Assembly: GCA_965215335.1 (NCBI GenBank)
Contig: CBDCDA010000002.1
Span: 64,001 to 128,000, forward strand
Direction: 5' to 3'
DNA from: an uncultured Candidatus Entotheonella sp.
GTDB lineage: Bacteria; Tectomicrobia; Entotheonellia; Entotheonellales; Entotheonellaceae
DNA length: 64,000 bases
The position numbers and the translations under genes were made by a program. Position 1 is the stretch's first letter. Each line of letters opens with the position of its first letter. The notes below the pieces were generated by a model, which did no database searches, had not been told where the DNA came from, and worked only from the letters and a program-made list of their open reading frames with translations. Positions 29,843 through 39,517 of the stretch are shown here, one piece after another.

Positions 29843-31804
29843 ATGAACCCCATGCCCAGTGCGCCCGACACCTTTCCCAAGTTTCTCCTCGACCGCGCCG
29901 GCCGCCATGCGGAACGCATCGCCATGCGCGAGAAAGACCTCGGCATCTGGCTGGAATACAGCTGGGGGCAGGTGCTCGACGAGGTGCGGGCGCTGGCCTG
30001 CGGGCTGGCCGCCAAGGGCCTGCAACGCGGCGACAAGGTGGCGATCGTCGGCGACAACCGGCCGCAACTCTACTGGGCCATGGTGGCGACGCAATGCCTC
30101 GGCGGGGTGCCGGTGCCGCTGTACCAGGACGCCGTGGCCGAGGAACTGCAGTTCGTCCTGGAGCACGCCGAAACGCGCTTCGCCATCGTCGAAGACCAGG
30201 AGCAGGTGGACAAGCTGCTGCTCGTCATGGCGCGCTGTCCGCAGCTCGAACTGATCATTTACAACGACCCGCGCGGGCTGCGCCACTACAGCGAGCCGTT
30301 CCTGTTCGACTTCGCGGCCATCCAGGCGGCAGGACGCGACTTCGACGCCCGACGGCCCGCATTTTTCGAGGCGCAGGTCGCCCTGGGGCAGGGCGACCAC
30401 CTGGCGGTCATTCTCTACACCTCCGGCACTACGGGGCGACCGAAGGGCGTCATGCTGTCATACGACAACATCGTCATCACCTCCCGCAATGCCCTGCAGC
30501 GCGAGGGGCTGGGGGACACGGAGGAGATCCTGTCGTACCTGCCGATGGCGTGGGTCGGCGACCACATCTTTTCCTACGGACAGTTCTACTGCGGTGGCTT
30601 CACCCTCAATTGCCCGGAGAGCAGCGACACGGTGCTCACGGACCTGCACGACATCGGCCCGACCTACTTCTTCGCGCCACCGCGCATGTGGGAAAACATC
30701 CTGACGTCGGTGATGATCCGCCTCGAAGACGCCGCCTGGATCAAGCGCAAGGCGTGCCATTTCTTCTTGCAGGTGGCGCAGCGCGTCGGCGCCCGCAAGC
30801 TCGCCAACGCTGCGGTCAATCCCCTCGACGCCTTCCTGTATCGCCTCGGCCACGCGCTGGTCTACGGGCCGCTCAAGGACAATCTGGGCTTCAGCCGCAT
30901 TCGCCTGGCCTACACCGCCGGCGAGGCCATCGGCGCCGAGATTTTCACCTTCTATCGCTCGCTCGGCATCAACATCAAGCAACTTTACGGCATGACGGAA
31001 GCCAGCGTCTTTGTCTGCGTGCAGCCGGACGGCGACGTGAAGCCCGACACCGTCGGCACGGTGATGCCCGAGGTGGAACTCAAGATCGCCGCCGACGGCG
31101 AGGTCATGTACCGCAGTCCGGGCGTGTTCCTGGGCTATTACAAGAACCCCGACGCCACCGCCGAGGCGCTGGAGGACGGCTGGGTGCATTCGGGCGACGC
31201 CGGCTACCTGGACGACGAGGGGCACCTGAAGATCATCGACCGCGCCCGTGACGTCAGCCACCTCGCCGACGGGCAGGAAACATTGTTCGCGCCGCGCTAC
31301 CTCGAAAACAAGCTGAAATTCAGCCCCTACGTCAAGGAGGCCGTGGCCTTCGGGCAGGAGCGGCCCTACGTCGGCGTCTTCATCAACATCGACCTGGAGG
31401 CGGTCGGCACCTGGGCCGAGCGCCGCGGCCTGGTCTATACCAGCTACGCCGACCTGGCGGCGCGCCCGGAGGTCTACGACCTCGTGCAGGGCGAGATCGA
31501 GCGCGTCAACGCCAGCCTGGCCGAGGAGCCGCAGATGGCGGGCGCCCAGCTGCGGCGCTTTCTGGTGCTGCACAAGGAACTCGACCCCGACGACGGCGAA
31601 CTCACCCGCACTCGCAAGGTGCGGCGGCGCGTCATCGCCGACAAGTATGGCGATCTCATCGAAGCCCTGTATAGCGACGACGAGTCCGTAGCGATCGAGG
31701 CACAGGTGGTTTTCGAGGACGGCCGCACCGGCATGATGAAGGCGGACCTGCGGCTCCGCGACGTCACCCCGCAAGCCGCCGAAACGCTGGCCCGGGTCGG
31801 TTGA
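29843..31804 (+). CDS. Long-chain acyl-CoA synthetase (AMP-binding)
   Basis: YTSGTTGRPKG, YGMTE, HSGDAG, IIDR and ELTRTRKVRR motifs. Confidence 0.94.
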   Translation: MNPMPSAPDTFPKFLLDRAGRHAERIAMREKDLGIWLEYSWGQVLDEVRALACGLAAKGLQRGDKVAIVGDNRPQLYWAMVATQCLGGVPVPLYQDAVAEELQFVLEHAETRFAIVEDQEQVDKLLLVMARCPQLELIIYNDPRGLRHYSEPFLFDFAAIQAAGRDFDARRPAFFEAQVALGQGDHLAVILYTSGTTGRPKGVMLSYDNIVITSRNALQREGLGDTEEILSYLPMAWVGDHIFSYGQFYCGGFTLNCPESSDTVLTDLHDIGPTYFFAPPRMWENILTSVMIRLEDAAWIKRKACHFFLQVAQRVGARKLANAAVNPLDAFLYRLGHALVYGPLKDNLGFSRIRLAYTAGEAIGAEIFTFYRSLGINIKQLYGMTEASVFVCVQPDGDVKPDTVGTVMPEVELKIAADGEVMYRSPGVFLGYYKNPDATAEALEDGWVHSGDAGYLDDEGHLKIIDRARDVSHLADGQETLFAPRYLENKLKFSPYVKEAVAFGQERPYVGVFINIDLEAVGTWAERRGLVYTSYADLAARPEVYDLVQGEIERVNASLAEEPQMAGAQLRRFLVLHKELDPDDGELTRTRKVRRRVIADKYGDLIEALYSDDESVAIEAQVVFEDGRTGMMKADLRLRDVTPQAAETLARVG

Positions 31805-31820
31805 GGCGAGCGCAAAACCC

Positions 31821-32603
31821 ATGAACGACCGGGAGAGTCTGTTGCGCGTCGAGGGCGTCAGCCTGTCGTTCGGCGCCGTGCAGGCGCTGATCGACATCGG
31901 CATCGAGGTCTACGGCGGCGAAATCCTCGCCGTCATCGGCCCGAACGGCGCCGGCAAGACCTCGCTGCTCAACGTCATCAACGGCGTCTATCGCCCCCAG
32001 AAGGGCCGCCTGGTGTTCATGGGCCAGACTCGCCCGCGCAACCTGCGTCCCTATCACGTCGCCCGTCAGGGCATCGCGCGCACCTTCCAGAACGTGGCGC
32101 TCTTCAAGGGCATGAGTACCCTCGACAACCTGATGACCGGGCGCGTTATGCACATGCGCAGCGGCCTGCTGAGCCAGGCGCTGTACTGGGGCCGCGCGCT
32201 GCGCGAGGAGGAGCAGCATCGGGCGTACGTCGAGCGGGTGATCGACTTCCTGGAGATCGAGGCCATTCGCAAGACCCCGGTCGGGCGCCTGCCGTACGGC
32301 CTGCAGAAGCGTGTCGAACTGGGCCGCGCCCTGGCCGCCGAACCGTGCCTGCTGCTGCTCGATGAACCGATGGCCGGCATGAACGTCGAGGAGAAGGAGG
32401 ACATGTGCCGCTTCATCCTCGATATCCGCGACGAGTTTGACATCACCTGCGTGCTGATCGAGCACGACATGGGCGTGGTGATGGACATTTCGGACCGCGT
32501 CGTGGTGCTCGACTATGGCCGCAAAATAGCCGACGGCTCGCCGGACGAGGTGCGCGTCAACCCGGCCGTCATCGACGCTTACCTGGGCGCGTCGCACGCC
32601 TGA
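31821..32603 (+). CDS. HAAT-family ABC importer ATPase (LivG-like)
   Basis: GPNGAGKT, ARTFQN, LPYGLQKRVELGRAL and IEHDM motifs. Confidence 0.94.
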   Translation: MNDRESLLRVEGVSLSFGAVQALIDIGIEVYGGEILAVIGPNGAGKTSLLNVINGVYRPQKGRLVFMGQTRPRNLRPYHVARQGIARTFQNVALFKGMSTLDNLMTGRVMHMRSGLLSQALYWGRALREEEQHRAYVERVIDFLEIEAIRKTPVGRLPYGLQKRVELGRALAAEPCLLLLDEPMAGMNVEEKEDMCRFILDIRDEFDITCVLIEHDMGVVMDISDRVVVLDYGRKIADGSPDEVRVNPAVIDAYLGASHA

Positions 32604-32638
32604 GGCCAACGCCAGATTTTCCCGAGGTATCCGTTTGC

Positions 32639-33574
32639 ATGGGCTTTTTCGATACCTGGTTCGTAGCGCCAGTCACGGAGATCCTGACGGCTCCGATTTT
32701 CTTCTTCGAGGTCGTGCTCGGCGGACTCATGGCGGGCGTCATGTATTCGATGGTGGCGCTCGGCTTCGTGCTCATCTTCAAGGCCTCCGGCGTCTTCAAT
32801 TTTTCCCAGGGCATCATGGTGCTGTTTGCCGCCCTGACGCTCGTCGGTCAGATGGAGCGCGGCGTGCCGCTTTGGGTGGCGCTGCCCGTCACCATTGCGG
32901 TCATGGTGGCGCTGGCCTACGGCATCGAACGGCTGGTGCTGCGGCCGCTGGTCAACCAGGACCCCTTGACGCTGCTGATGGCGACCATCGGCCTGACGTT
33001 TCTCCTCGAAGGTCTTGGCGAGTTCCTGTGGGGCAGCAACGTCAAGCGCCTCGACCTGGGCATCCCGGACGACTCCTTCGAATTCGCCGGCATGCTGCTC
33101 AACGAGTTCGAGCTGTTCGCCGCACTGACCGCCGCGGTGTTGGTGGCCCTGCTGGCCGTGTTGTCCCAGAAGACGGCTATCGGTCGGGCGCTGCGCGCCG
33201 TGGCGGACGACCATCAGGCGGCCACCGCGGTGGGCATTCCGTTGCAGACGATCTGGGTGACGGTGTGGTCCGTGGCGGGATTGGTGGCGCTGGTTGCGGG
33301 CATCATGTGGGGGTCGAAGAGCGGCGTGCAGTTCAGCCTGTCGCTGATCGCGCTGAAGGCGCTGCCGGTGTTGATTCTCGGCGGCATCACGTCCATTCCC
33401 GGCGCCATTGTCGGCGGGCTCGTCATCGGTGTCGGGGAAAAGATCGGCGAGGTCTACTGGGGTCCGGCCTTTGGCGGCGCCATCGAGAACTGGTTCGCCT
33501 ACGTGCTGGCGATGGTCGTGCTGTTCTTCAGGCCGCACGGGCTGTTCGGCGAAGAAATCATCGAAAGGGTGTAA
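32639..33574 (+). CDS. HAAT-family ABC permease (LivH-like)
   Basis: YSMVALGFVLIFKASGVFNFSQG, GRALRAVADD and RPHGLFG motifs. Confidence 0.93.
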   Translation: MGFFDTWFVAPVTEILTAPIFFFEVVLGGLMAGVMYSMVALGFVLIFKASGVFNFSQGIMVLFAALTLVGQMERGVPLWVALPVTIAVMVALAYGIERLVLRPLVNQDPLTLLMATIGLTFLLEGLGEFLWGSNVKRLDLGIPDDSFEFAGMLLNEFELFAALTAAVLVALLAVLSQKTAIGRALRAVADDHQAATAVGIPLQTIWVTVWSVAGLVALVAGIMWGSKSGVQFSLSLIALKALPVLILGGITSIPGAIVGGLVIGVGEKIGEVYWGPAFGGAIENWFAYVLAMVVLFFRPHGLFGEEIIERV

Positions 33575-33576
33575 GC

Positions 33577-34653
33577 GTGCTGTATCGTGAGACCGGGCAA
33601 TTCAAAACGTCGTACCGGCGGGATCAGGCCATCTTCCCGATCGTCCAGGACCGCTGGTGCGTCGCGCTGGTGCTGGTGGCGGCGTACGGGGTCGTGCCGG
33701 CCCTGGCCAACGAGTACTGGCTGCAGGCCGTGCTCATCCCCTTCCTTGTCTATGCCCTGGCCGCCATCGGCCTCAATCTGCTCACCGGCTATACCGGTCA
33801 GTTGTCCCTGGGTACCGGCGGCTTCATGGCGGTTGGCGCCTACACCGCCTACAAATTGACCACCGCCCTGCCGGACCTGAACATCGTGGTCGTCTTCCTG
33901 TCTGCGGGCGTCGTGGCCGCCGCGGTCGGCCTGGTGTTCGGGCTGCCGAGCCTGCGCATCAAGGGGCTGTATCTGGCGGTGGCGACGCTGGCGGCACAAT
34001 TCTTCCTCATCTGGCTGTTCAACCGCGTTGCCTGGTTCTACAACTACAATCCGTCCGGCACCATCACGGCGCCGCCGCGGACCCTCCTGGGCGTCATGGT
34101 GACCGGCCCCGAAGCCACCGCCGCGGTGCGCTACCTGGTAGTACTGAGCTTCGTGGTGCTGTTCGCCCTGATCGCCAAGAACCTGGTGCGCAGCGAGATC
34201 GGCCGCACCTGGATGGCCATCCGCGACATGGACGTGGCGGCGGAAATCATTGGCATCCGGCCCCTGACGACCAAGCTGTCGGCGTTCGCTGTCAGCTCGT
34301 TCTACTGCGGCGTCGCCGGCGCCCTGATGCTGTTCGTCTACCTCGGCAGCGTCGAAACCCTTGCCTTCGACATCACCGTATCGTTCGAGGTGCTCTTCAT
34401 GGTCATCATCGGCGGCCTGGGCAGCATCCTCGGCTCCATCGTCGGGGCGGCGTTCATCACCATCCTGCCCATCTTCCTCACCAACGCGCCCCACCTCATT
34501 GGTCTCGAAATGCCCGTTGACCTCGCCAAGGAAATCGAGGCCATCGTCTTCGGCGGCTTCATCATCGCCTTCCTCGTCCTCGAACCCCGCGGCCTCGCCC
34601 GCCTGTGGCAGATCAGCAAGGAAAAGCTGCGTCGCTGGCCGTTTCCGTATTGA
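33577..34653 (+). CDS. HAAT-family ABC permease (LivM-like)
   Basis: GTG start giving MLYRETGQFKTSY; GLNLLTGYTGQLSLG, LRIKGLYLAVATLA and EKLRRWPFPY motifs. Confidence 0.93.
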   Translation: MLYRETGQFKTSYRRDQAIFPIVQDRWCVALVLVAAYGVVPALANEYWLQAVLIPFLVYALAAIGLNLLTGYTGQLSLGTGGFMAVGAYTAYKLTTALPDLNIVVVFLSAGVVAAAVGLVFGLPSLRIKGLYLAVATLAAQFFLIWLFNRVAWFYNYNPSGTITAPPRTLLGVMVTGPEATAAVRYLVVLSFVVLFALIAKNLVRSEIGRTWMAIRDMDVAAEIIGIRPLTTKLSAFAVSSFYCGVAGALMLFVYLGSVETLAFDITVSFEVLFMVIIGGLGSILGSIVGAAFITILPIFLTNAPHLIGLEMPVDLAKEIEAIVFGGFIIAFLVLEPRGLARLWQISKEKLRRWPFPY

Positions 34654-34700
34654 TGCCGGCCAGCCCGCGGGGCCTGCCCAACGCGGGACTCCGTGAGTGC

Positions 34701-34814
34701 TCATGGCGTTCGCCAAGGGTTGATCACGTCAATGCCCAAACCGTCGAAATCCCCGACGTTACGGGTTGCCACAGCCGATTGGTTGTTGTTGATCGGGGTT
34801 GGGGCCTGTCCCAT
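34701..34814 (-). pseudogene. 3' remnant of a PIN-domain (VapC/FitB-like) toxin gene
   Basis: Minus-strand 37-codon frame ending AVATRNVGDFDGLGIDVINPWRTP*, the typical VapC C-terminus (TRNxxDF...INPW); the N-terminal PIN part is absent. Confidence 0.75.
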
Positions 34815-34879
34815 TATGGCCAAGGTTGTGCAAATGTCCACAGGCCCTAATCCGTCATGCAGGTTCACGGCTTCCCCAT

Positions 34880-34909
34880 TTGCGTTCGTGCCGCGGGCGC
34901 GTTTACAAT
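34880..34909 (+). promoter_or_regulatory. Possible internal promoter for the substrate-binding protein gene
   Basis: TTGCGT, 18 nt spacer, TACAAT, about 80 nt upstream of ATG 34991. Confidence 0.35.
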
Positions 34910-34990
34910 AGTCGCCACCCGATTCAGGACGACAACGGCGTATTCTGCCGATAAATCAATCAGTTACCAGCTTTCCGAGGGAGGTTTGTC

Positions 34991-36319
34991 ATGAAACGTA
35001 CCAAAACGCCCGGCGTGTTGGCCGGGGCGGTGGTGCTGGCGGTGGTGCTCCTGGTGGCTCCAGTATGGGGCCAGGCCGAGCAGTTCATCCCGCTTCTCGT
35101 TTACCGCACGGGGCCTTATGCGCCGAACGGCATCCCGGTGGCCAACGGCTATCTCGATTACATCAAGCTCCTCAACGCGCGCGACGGCGGCATCAACGGC
35201 GTCAAGATCACTTGGGAAGAGTGCGAGACGAAATACAACACCAAGCTGGGCGTCGAGTGCTACGAAAAGCTGAAGAACAGAGGCGCGCTGGGCGCCTCGC
35301 TGATCAACCCCTACAGCACCGGCATCACCTATCAGCTCATCCCCAAGGCGTCGGTGGACAAGCTGCCCATCCACTCGATGGGCTACGGACGCACGGCGGC
35401 GGCTGACGGGCGCATTTTCAAATGGACCTTCAATTTCCCCACCACGTATTGGAGCCAGGCGTCCACATTCGTCAAATACGTCGGGCAGCAGGAAGGCGGC
35501 ATGGAGGCGCTGAAGGGCAAGAAAATCGCGTTGGTGTACCACAACAGCCCGTACGGCAAGGAGCCGATTCCGACGCTGACGGTTCTGGCCGAAAAATACG
35601 GTTACGACCTCAAACTGCTCGCCGTCGATCATCCGGGGCAGGAACAGAAATCCACCTGGCTGCAGGTGCGCCGCTACCGTCCGGACTGGATTTTCATGTG
35701 GGGCTGGGGCGTCATGAATCAGGTGGCGATCAAGGAAGCCGCCTCGGTCCGCTACCCGATGGACCGCTTCATCGGTGTGTGGTGGTCGGGCACCGAGTCG
35801 GACGTCGTACCCGCGGGTGAGGGCGCCATCGGCTACAAGGCTGGCAACTTCCACGGCGCCGGGGCGGGCTTTCCGGTGCACGAGGCCATCCTGTCGCACG
35901 TGTACGGCGGCGACCAAGCGGCAGCCGCGGGCAACAATTTCGGCGAGGTGCTGTACAACCGCGGCATGATGAACGCCGTGTACGACACCGAGGCCATTCG
36001 CACGGCCATGGGACGCTTCGGCAACCAGCCGATGACGGGCGAACAGGTGCGCTGGGGGCTGGAAAACCTGGAACTCACCACGGCGCGCCTTGCCGAACTC
36101 GGCTTGGCCGACTTTGCCAGACCCATCAAGATCACCTGCGAGGACCACGAAGGCAATGGGCCCGTGTATATCCAGCAGTGGAACGGCCGCACGTGGGACA
36201 AGGTGAGCGACTGGATTACCCCGATGCGCGAGGTAGTGCGGGCGCAGATCGAGAAAGCTGCGGCGGAATACGCCAAGGAAAACAACATTACGCCGCGCGA
36301 TTGCGCCTCGGAAGGGTAA
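34991..36319 (+). CDS. HAAT-family ABC substrate-binding protein
   Basis: Signal peptide; YRTGPYAPNG, RDGGINGVK and YGKEPIP motifs; RBS GGAGG. Confidence 0.93.
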   Translation: MKRTKTPGVLAGAVVLAVVLLVAPVWGQAEQFIPLLVYRTGPYAPNGIPVANGYLDYIKLLNARDGGINGVKITWEECETKYNTKLGVECYEKLKNRGALGASLINPYSTGITYQLIPKASVDKLPIHSMGYGRTAAADGRIFKWTFNFPTTYWSQASTFVKYVGQQEGGMEALKGKKIALVYHNSPYGKEPIPTLTVLAEKYGYDLKLLAVDHPGQEQKSTWLQVRRYRPDWIFMWGWGVMNQVAIKEAASVRYPMDRFIGVWWSGTESDVVPAGEGAIGYKAGNFHGAGAGFPVHEAILSHVYGGDQAAAAGNNFGEVLYNRGMMNAVYDTEAIRTAMGRFGNQPMTGEQVRWGLENLELTTARLAELGLADFARPIKITCEDHEGNGPVYIQQWNGRTWDKVSDWITPMREVVRAQIEKAAAEYAKENNITPRDCASEG

Positions 36320-36321
36320 AT

Positions 36322-37161
36322 GTGGAGCGCCTTGTGACTGCCGCCACGCATGCCTCGATCCAGACGCTCTTGAACGTCAACAACATCGAGGTGATCTACG
36401 ATCACGTCATCCTCGTTCTCAAGGGCGTCTCCCTGCGAGTCCCGGAGGGGCGCATCGTCACCCTGCTCGGCGCCAACGGGGCGGGCAAGACGACGACGCT
36501 GAAAGCCATCTCCAACCTGCTGCGCGTCGAGCGCGGGGAGGTCACCAAGGGCAGCATCGAATACCGGGGCCAGCGGGTCGACCGGCTCAACCCGTCGGCC
36601 CTGGTGCGCCAAGGCATCATCCAGGTAATGGAGGGGCGCCACCCGTTCGGGCACCTCACCTGCGAAGAGAACCTGCTGACGGGCGCCTACACGCGGCACG
36701 ACGGGCGCACGGCGCTGCAACGGGACATGGACATGGTGTACACCTACTTCCCGCGGCTGGCCGAGCGGCGGCATGCGAAGGCCGGTTACGTGTCGGGCGG
36801 CGAGCAGCAGATGATGGTCATCGGACGCGCCCTGATGGCCCGTCCCAGGCTCATCCTGCTGGACGAGCCGTCCATGGGCTTGGCGCCGCAGCTGGTGGCG
36901 GAAATTTTCGACATCGTGGCGCGCCTCAACCGCGAAGAGGGCGTCAGCTTTCTTCTGGCCGAGCAGAACGCCACGGTGGCGCTGCGGGTCGCCGATTACG
37001 GCTACGTGCTTGAAAACGGCAGGGTGGTGCTGGACGGCGACGCCGAGACCCTGCGCACCAACGAGGACGTGAAGGAGTTTTATCTGGGACTGAGTACCGC
37101 CGGGCGCCGCAGCTACCGCGACGTCAAACACTATCGGCGCCGCAAACGCTGGCTCGCCTGA
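36322..37161 (+). CDS. HAAT-family ABC importer ATPase (LivF-like)
   Basis: NNIEVIYDHVILVLKGVS, GANGAGKTT, SGGEQQM, DEPSMGLAP and KHYRRRKRWLA motifs; start uncertain, 36322 or 36334. Confidence 0.93.
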   Translation: MERLVTAATHASIQTLLNVNNIEVIYDHVILVLKGVSLRVPEGRIVTLLGANGAGKTTTLKAISNLLRVERGEVTKGSIEYRGQRVDRLNPSALVRQGIIQVMEGRHPFGHLTCEENLLTGAYTRHDGRTALQRDMDMVYTYFPRLAERRHAKAGYVSGGEQQMMVIGRALMARPRLILLDEPSMGLAPQLVAEIFDIVARLNREEGVSFLLAEQNATVALRVADYGYVLENGRVVLDGDAETLRTNEDVKEFYLGLSTAGRRSYRDVKHYRRRKRWLA

Positions 37162-37191
37162 GGTCGGCACGGGCGCGGGAGGACACGGCAA

Positions 37192-38016
37192 ATGGACAAC
37201 AGGCAACGCGAAGCCGGTGCCGCGGCGGCGAGTTTCTACGACGCGCTGCGCAGCGGCTCGGTGTCATCGGCCGCGCTGGGATACGGCGGCGATTTCATCG
37301 GTCAGGAATGCACCCTGCTGCCGCGGGAAATGCTTGTCTTCGCGCGCCGGGCCGGGGTTGGCGCCGGAACGTCGGTTCTGGACGTGGGCAGCGGCACCGG
37401 CGGCCCGGCCTGCTTCTTTGCCGAGCAGCTCGGCTGCCGAGTGCTCGGCGTCGACGTTTCCGCCGTTGGTCACGAACGGGCCGTGGCGCGGGCGCAGGAA
37501 GCCGGCCTCGACGACCGGGTGCAGTTTCGCCTCGGCGACATCCAGGACATTGACCTCCCGTCCGACTCGTTCGAGGTCGTCATCACCTACGACACCTGGT
37601 GCCACATCCCACAGCGCGCGGCCCTGATACAGCGCTGCGCCGCCCTCCTGAAGCCCGGCGGCCGCATGGCGATTTATGATCACGTGGAGCGGCGTCCGCT
37701 GCCCGCCGAGAGGCGCGAGCACTTCTTCACGGCCTGGCATTTTCCCGTACTGGAGACGCCCCGGAGCTACGTCGAGTCGCTTGTGGCGGCGGGCCTGCGC
37801 CTGACCGTCCGGGACGTGTCGTCTGCTTATGCCGCGCGGTTTTACACCCGGCTCGTTGAGGGATTCACCGCACAACGCGAAGAGTTCGAGGCCATCCGGG
37901 GCACCGAGCGGTATCTCGAAGGGCTCGACCGCTTGCAGATGAGCCAGCAATACGCCACCTCCGGACGGCTTGGGCAGGTGGCCTACATTGCCGAGAAACC
38001 CAGCACGAACCCCTAA
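37192..38016 (+). CDS. Class I SAM-dependent methyltransferase
   Basis: VLDVGSGTGGPA motif I and LLKPGG; resembles sarcosine/phosphoethanolamine N-methyltransferase-type enzymes. Confidence 0.88.
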   Translation: MDNRQREAGAAAASFYDALRSGSVSSAALGYGGDFIGQECTLLPREMLVFARRAGVGAGTSVLDVGSGTGGPACFFAEQLGCRVLGVDVSAVGHERAVARAQEAGLDDRVQFRLGDIQDIDLPSDSFEVVITYDTWCHIPQRAALIQRCAALLKPGGRMAIYDHVERRPLPAERREHFFTAWHFPVLETPRSYVESLVAAGLRLTVRDVSSAYAARFYTRLVEGFTAQREEFEAIRGTERYLEGLDRLQMSQQYATSGRLGQVAYIAEKPSTNP

Positions 38017-39365
38017 TCACGGATTTTTGCAAGAAAGCTCTCCCAAGCCGCCGTGAAGCTGTCGAGTTCATGGCGGCCCATGGGCGTCGAGATGTTGCCT
38101 ACCAGCCGGCTGTTCACGCAGATTCCCTCATTCAGCAAATGCAGGAAGAGTTTCTGGCGCAGGGCCTCGTCCTGCCCTTGGGCGCTGCGATAGGTCGTCA
38201 CCGGACGGTCCGTCAGTTGCACGCCGAAGAACGACGCGATGCCGCTGATGCGGATCGGCACCTTGGCGCTGCGCGCCATCTCCTCGAGACGGTGCCGCAG
38301 GGTTTCGCCGCGCTCGTTGATCTGCTCGTAGACCACCGGGGTGAGCTGGCGCATGGTGGCCAGGCCGGCCTGCATGGTCATGGGATTGGCGTTGAACGTG
38401 CCACCGTGCGGGATGGCGGGCGCCCCGCCGGTGGCGTCGAAGGCCGCCATGACGTCTGCTCTGCCGCCGAACGCTCCCACCGGCATGCCGCCGCCGATGA
38501 TCTTGCCGAGGCAGCTCACGTCCGGCACAATGTCGTACCACTGCTGGGCGCCGCCGGGGGTCATGCGCAGCGTTTGTACCTCGTCGAAGATGAGCAGGGT
38601 GCGCTGTCCGTCGCACGCCTCGCGCAATGCTTCCAGGAACGCCGCTTCGGCGGGCACGTAGCCGATGCCGGCCATGACGGGCTCGACGATCACGGCGGCC
38701 AGGTCGTCATGGTGCCGCGCGATGATGCGCCGGGCCGCCGCGGCATCGTTGAACGGGATGATCACCACGTCGTCCAGCGTGCTGGCCGTCAGCCCCTGCG
38801 AGCTCGGCACCGGGCGGGGCGTTTCTTCGCTCCCCGCCTCCGACACGCGCAGCGTCACGCTGATGCTGGCGTGGTCACTGGTGCCGTGATAGGCGCCCTC
38901 CGTTTTGGCGATTTTCGACTTGCCGGTAAACGCCCGCGCCGCCCGCAGCGCCAACGCCACGCCCTCCGTGCCACTGTTCGTAAAGCGCAATTGCTGCAGC
39001 GACGGCACCACCGCGGTCAGCAGGGCGGCCAGTTCCACCTCCGGCTCGGTCGGGTTGGCGAAAGCGGTGCCCTTTTCCACCTGCGCCTGCAGCGCCGCGG
39101 TGACCTGCGCATCCCGGTGCCCGAGGATCAGCGAGGTGGCGTTGTTGTAGAAATCGAGGCGCTCGTTGCCGTCCACGTCGCGCAGCACGCAGCCCTCGCC
39201 GTGTTCAACGTAGAAAGGAAACGGCTTGAAAAAGGCCGTCAGGCGCGAGTTTCCCCCGGCCAGAACCCGTTGTGCTTCAGTAAACCGCGCCGCCGAGCGC
39301 GGGTTGCGCTGGCGGTAGGCCGCCGCCTCGGCGGCGTAGCCGTATACGGATGTGGATGCCGTCAT
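38013..39365 (-). CDS. Class III PLP aminotransferase (glutamate-1-semialdehyde aminomutase-like)
   Basis: RFTNSGTE, GAYHG, IFDEVQT, GKIIGGGMPVGAFGG (PLP Lys) and HGGTFNANP motifs. Confidence 0.9.
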   Translation of the reverse strand: MTASTSVYGYAAEAAAYRQRNPRSAARFTEAQRVLAGGNSRLTAFFKPFPFYVEHGEGCVLRDVDGNERLDFYNNATSLILGHRDAQVTAALQAQVEKGTAFANPTEPEVELAALLTAVVPSLQQLRFTNSGTEGVALALRAARAFTGKSKIAKTEGAYHGTSDHASISVTLRVSEAGSEETPRPVPSSQGLTASTLDDVVIIPFNDAAAARRIIARHHDDLAAVIVEPVMAGIGYVPAEAAFLEALREACDGQRTLLIFDEVQTLRMTPGGAQQWYDIVPDVSCLGKIIGGGMPVGAFGGRADVMAAFDATGGAPAIPHGGTFNANPMTMQAGLATMRQLTPVVYEQINERGETLRHRLEEMARSAKVPIRISGIASFFGVQLTDRPVTTYRSAQGQDEALRQKLFLHLLNEGICVNSRLVGNISTPMGRHELDSFTAAWESFLAKIRD

Positions 39366-39384
39366 GTCACGGTCCTCTCTGTAG

Positions 39385-39410
39385 GTAGGGGCGGGTTTTC
39401 CAACCCGCCC
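39385..39410 (+). repeat. GTAG-type REP palindrome
   Basis: GTAG followed by GGGCGGGTT-TTCC-AACCCGCCC (perfect 9-bp stem); a second partial TAGGGGCAGG follows immediately. Confidence 0.65.
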
Positions 39411-39517
39411 GCTAGGGGCAGGCCGACACCCCGGAAACGTCACGGCAACAGTCTGCCCGCTCCACCGCTTGCTGGCAATGCCATTTTCTCCTCTCTTCTC
39501 GAACAGGGAAAACAGCG

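Noticed and set aside
32635..34653. 672-aa ORF spanning both permeases, suggesting a fusion or frameshift
   Set aside because: The LivH-like gene is complete in its own frame and the LivM-like gene has its own GTG at 33577; the upstream extension is a chance open frame.
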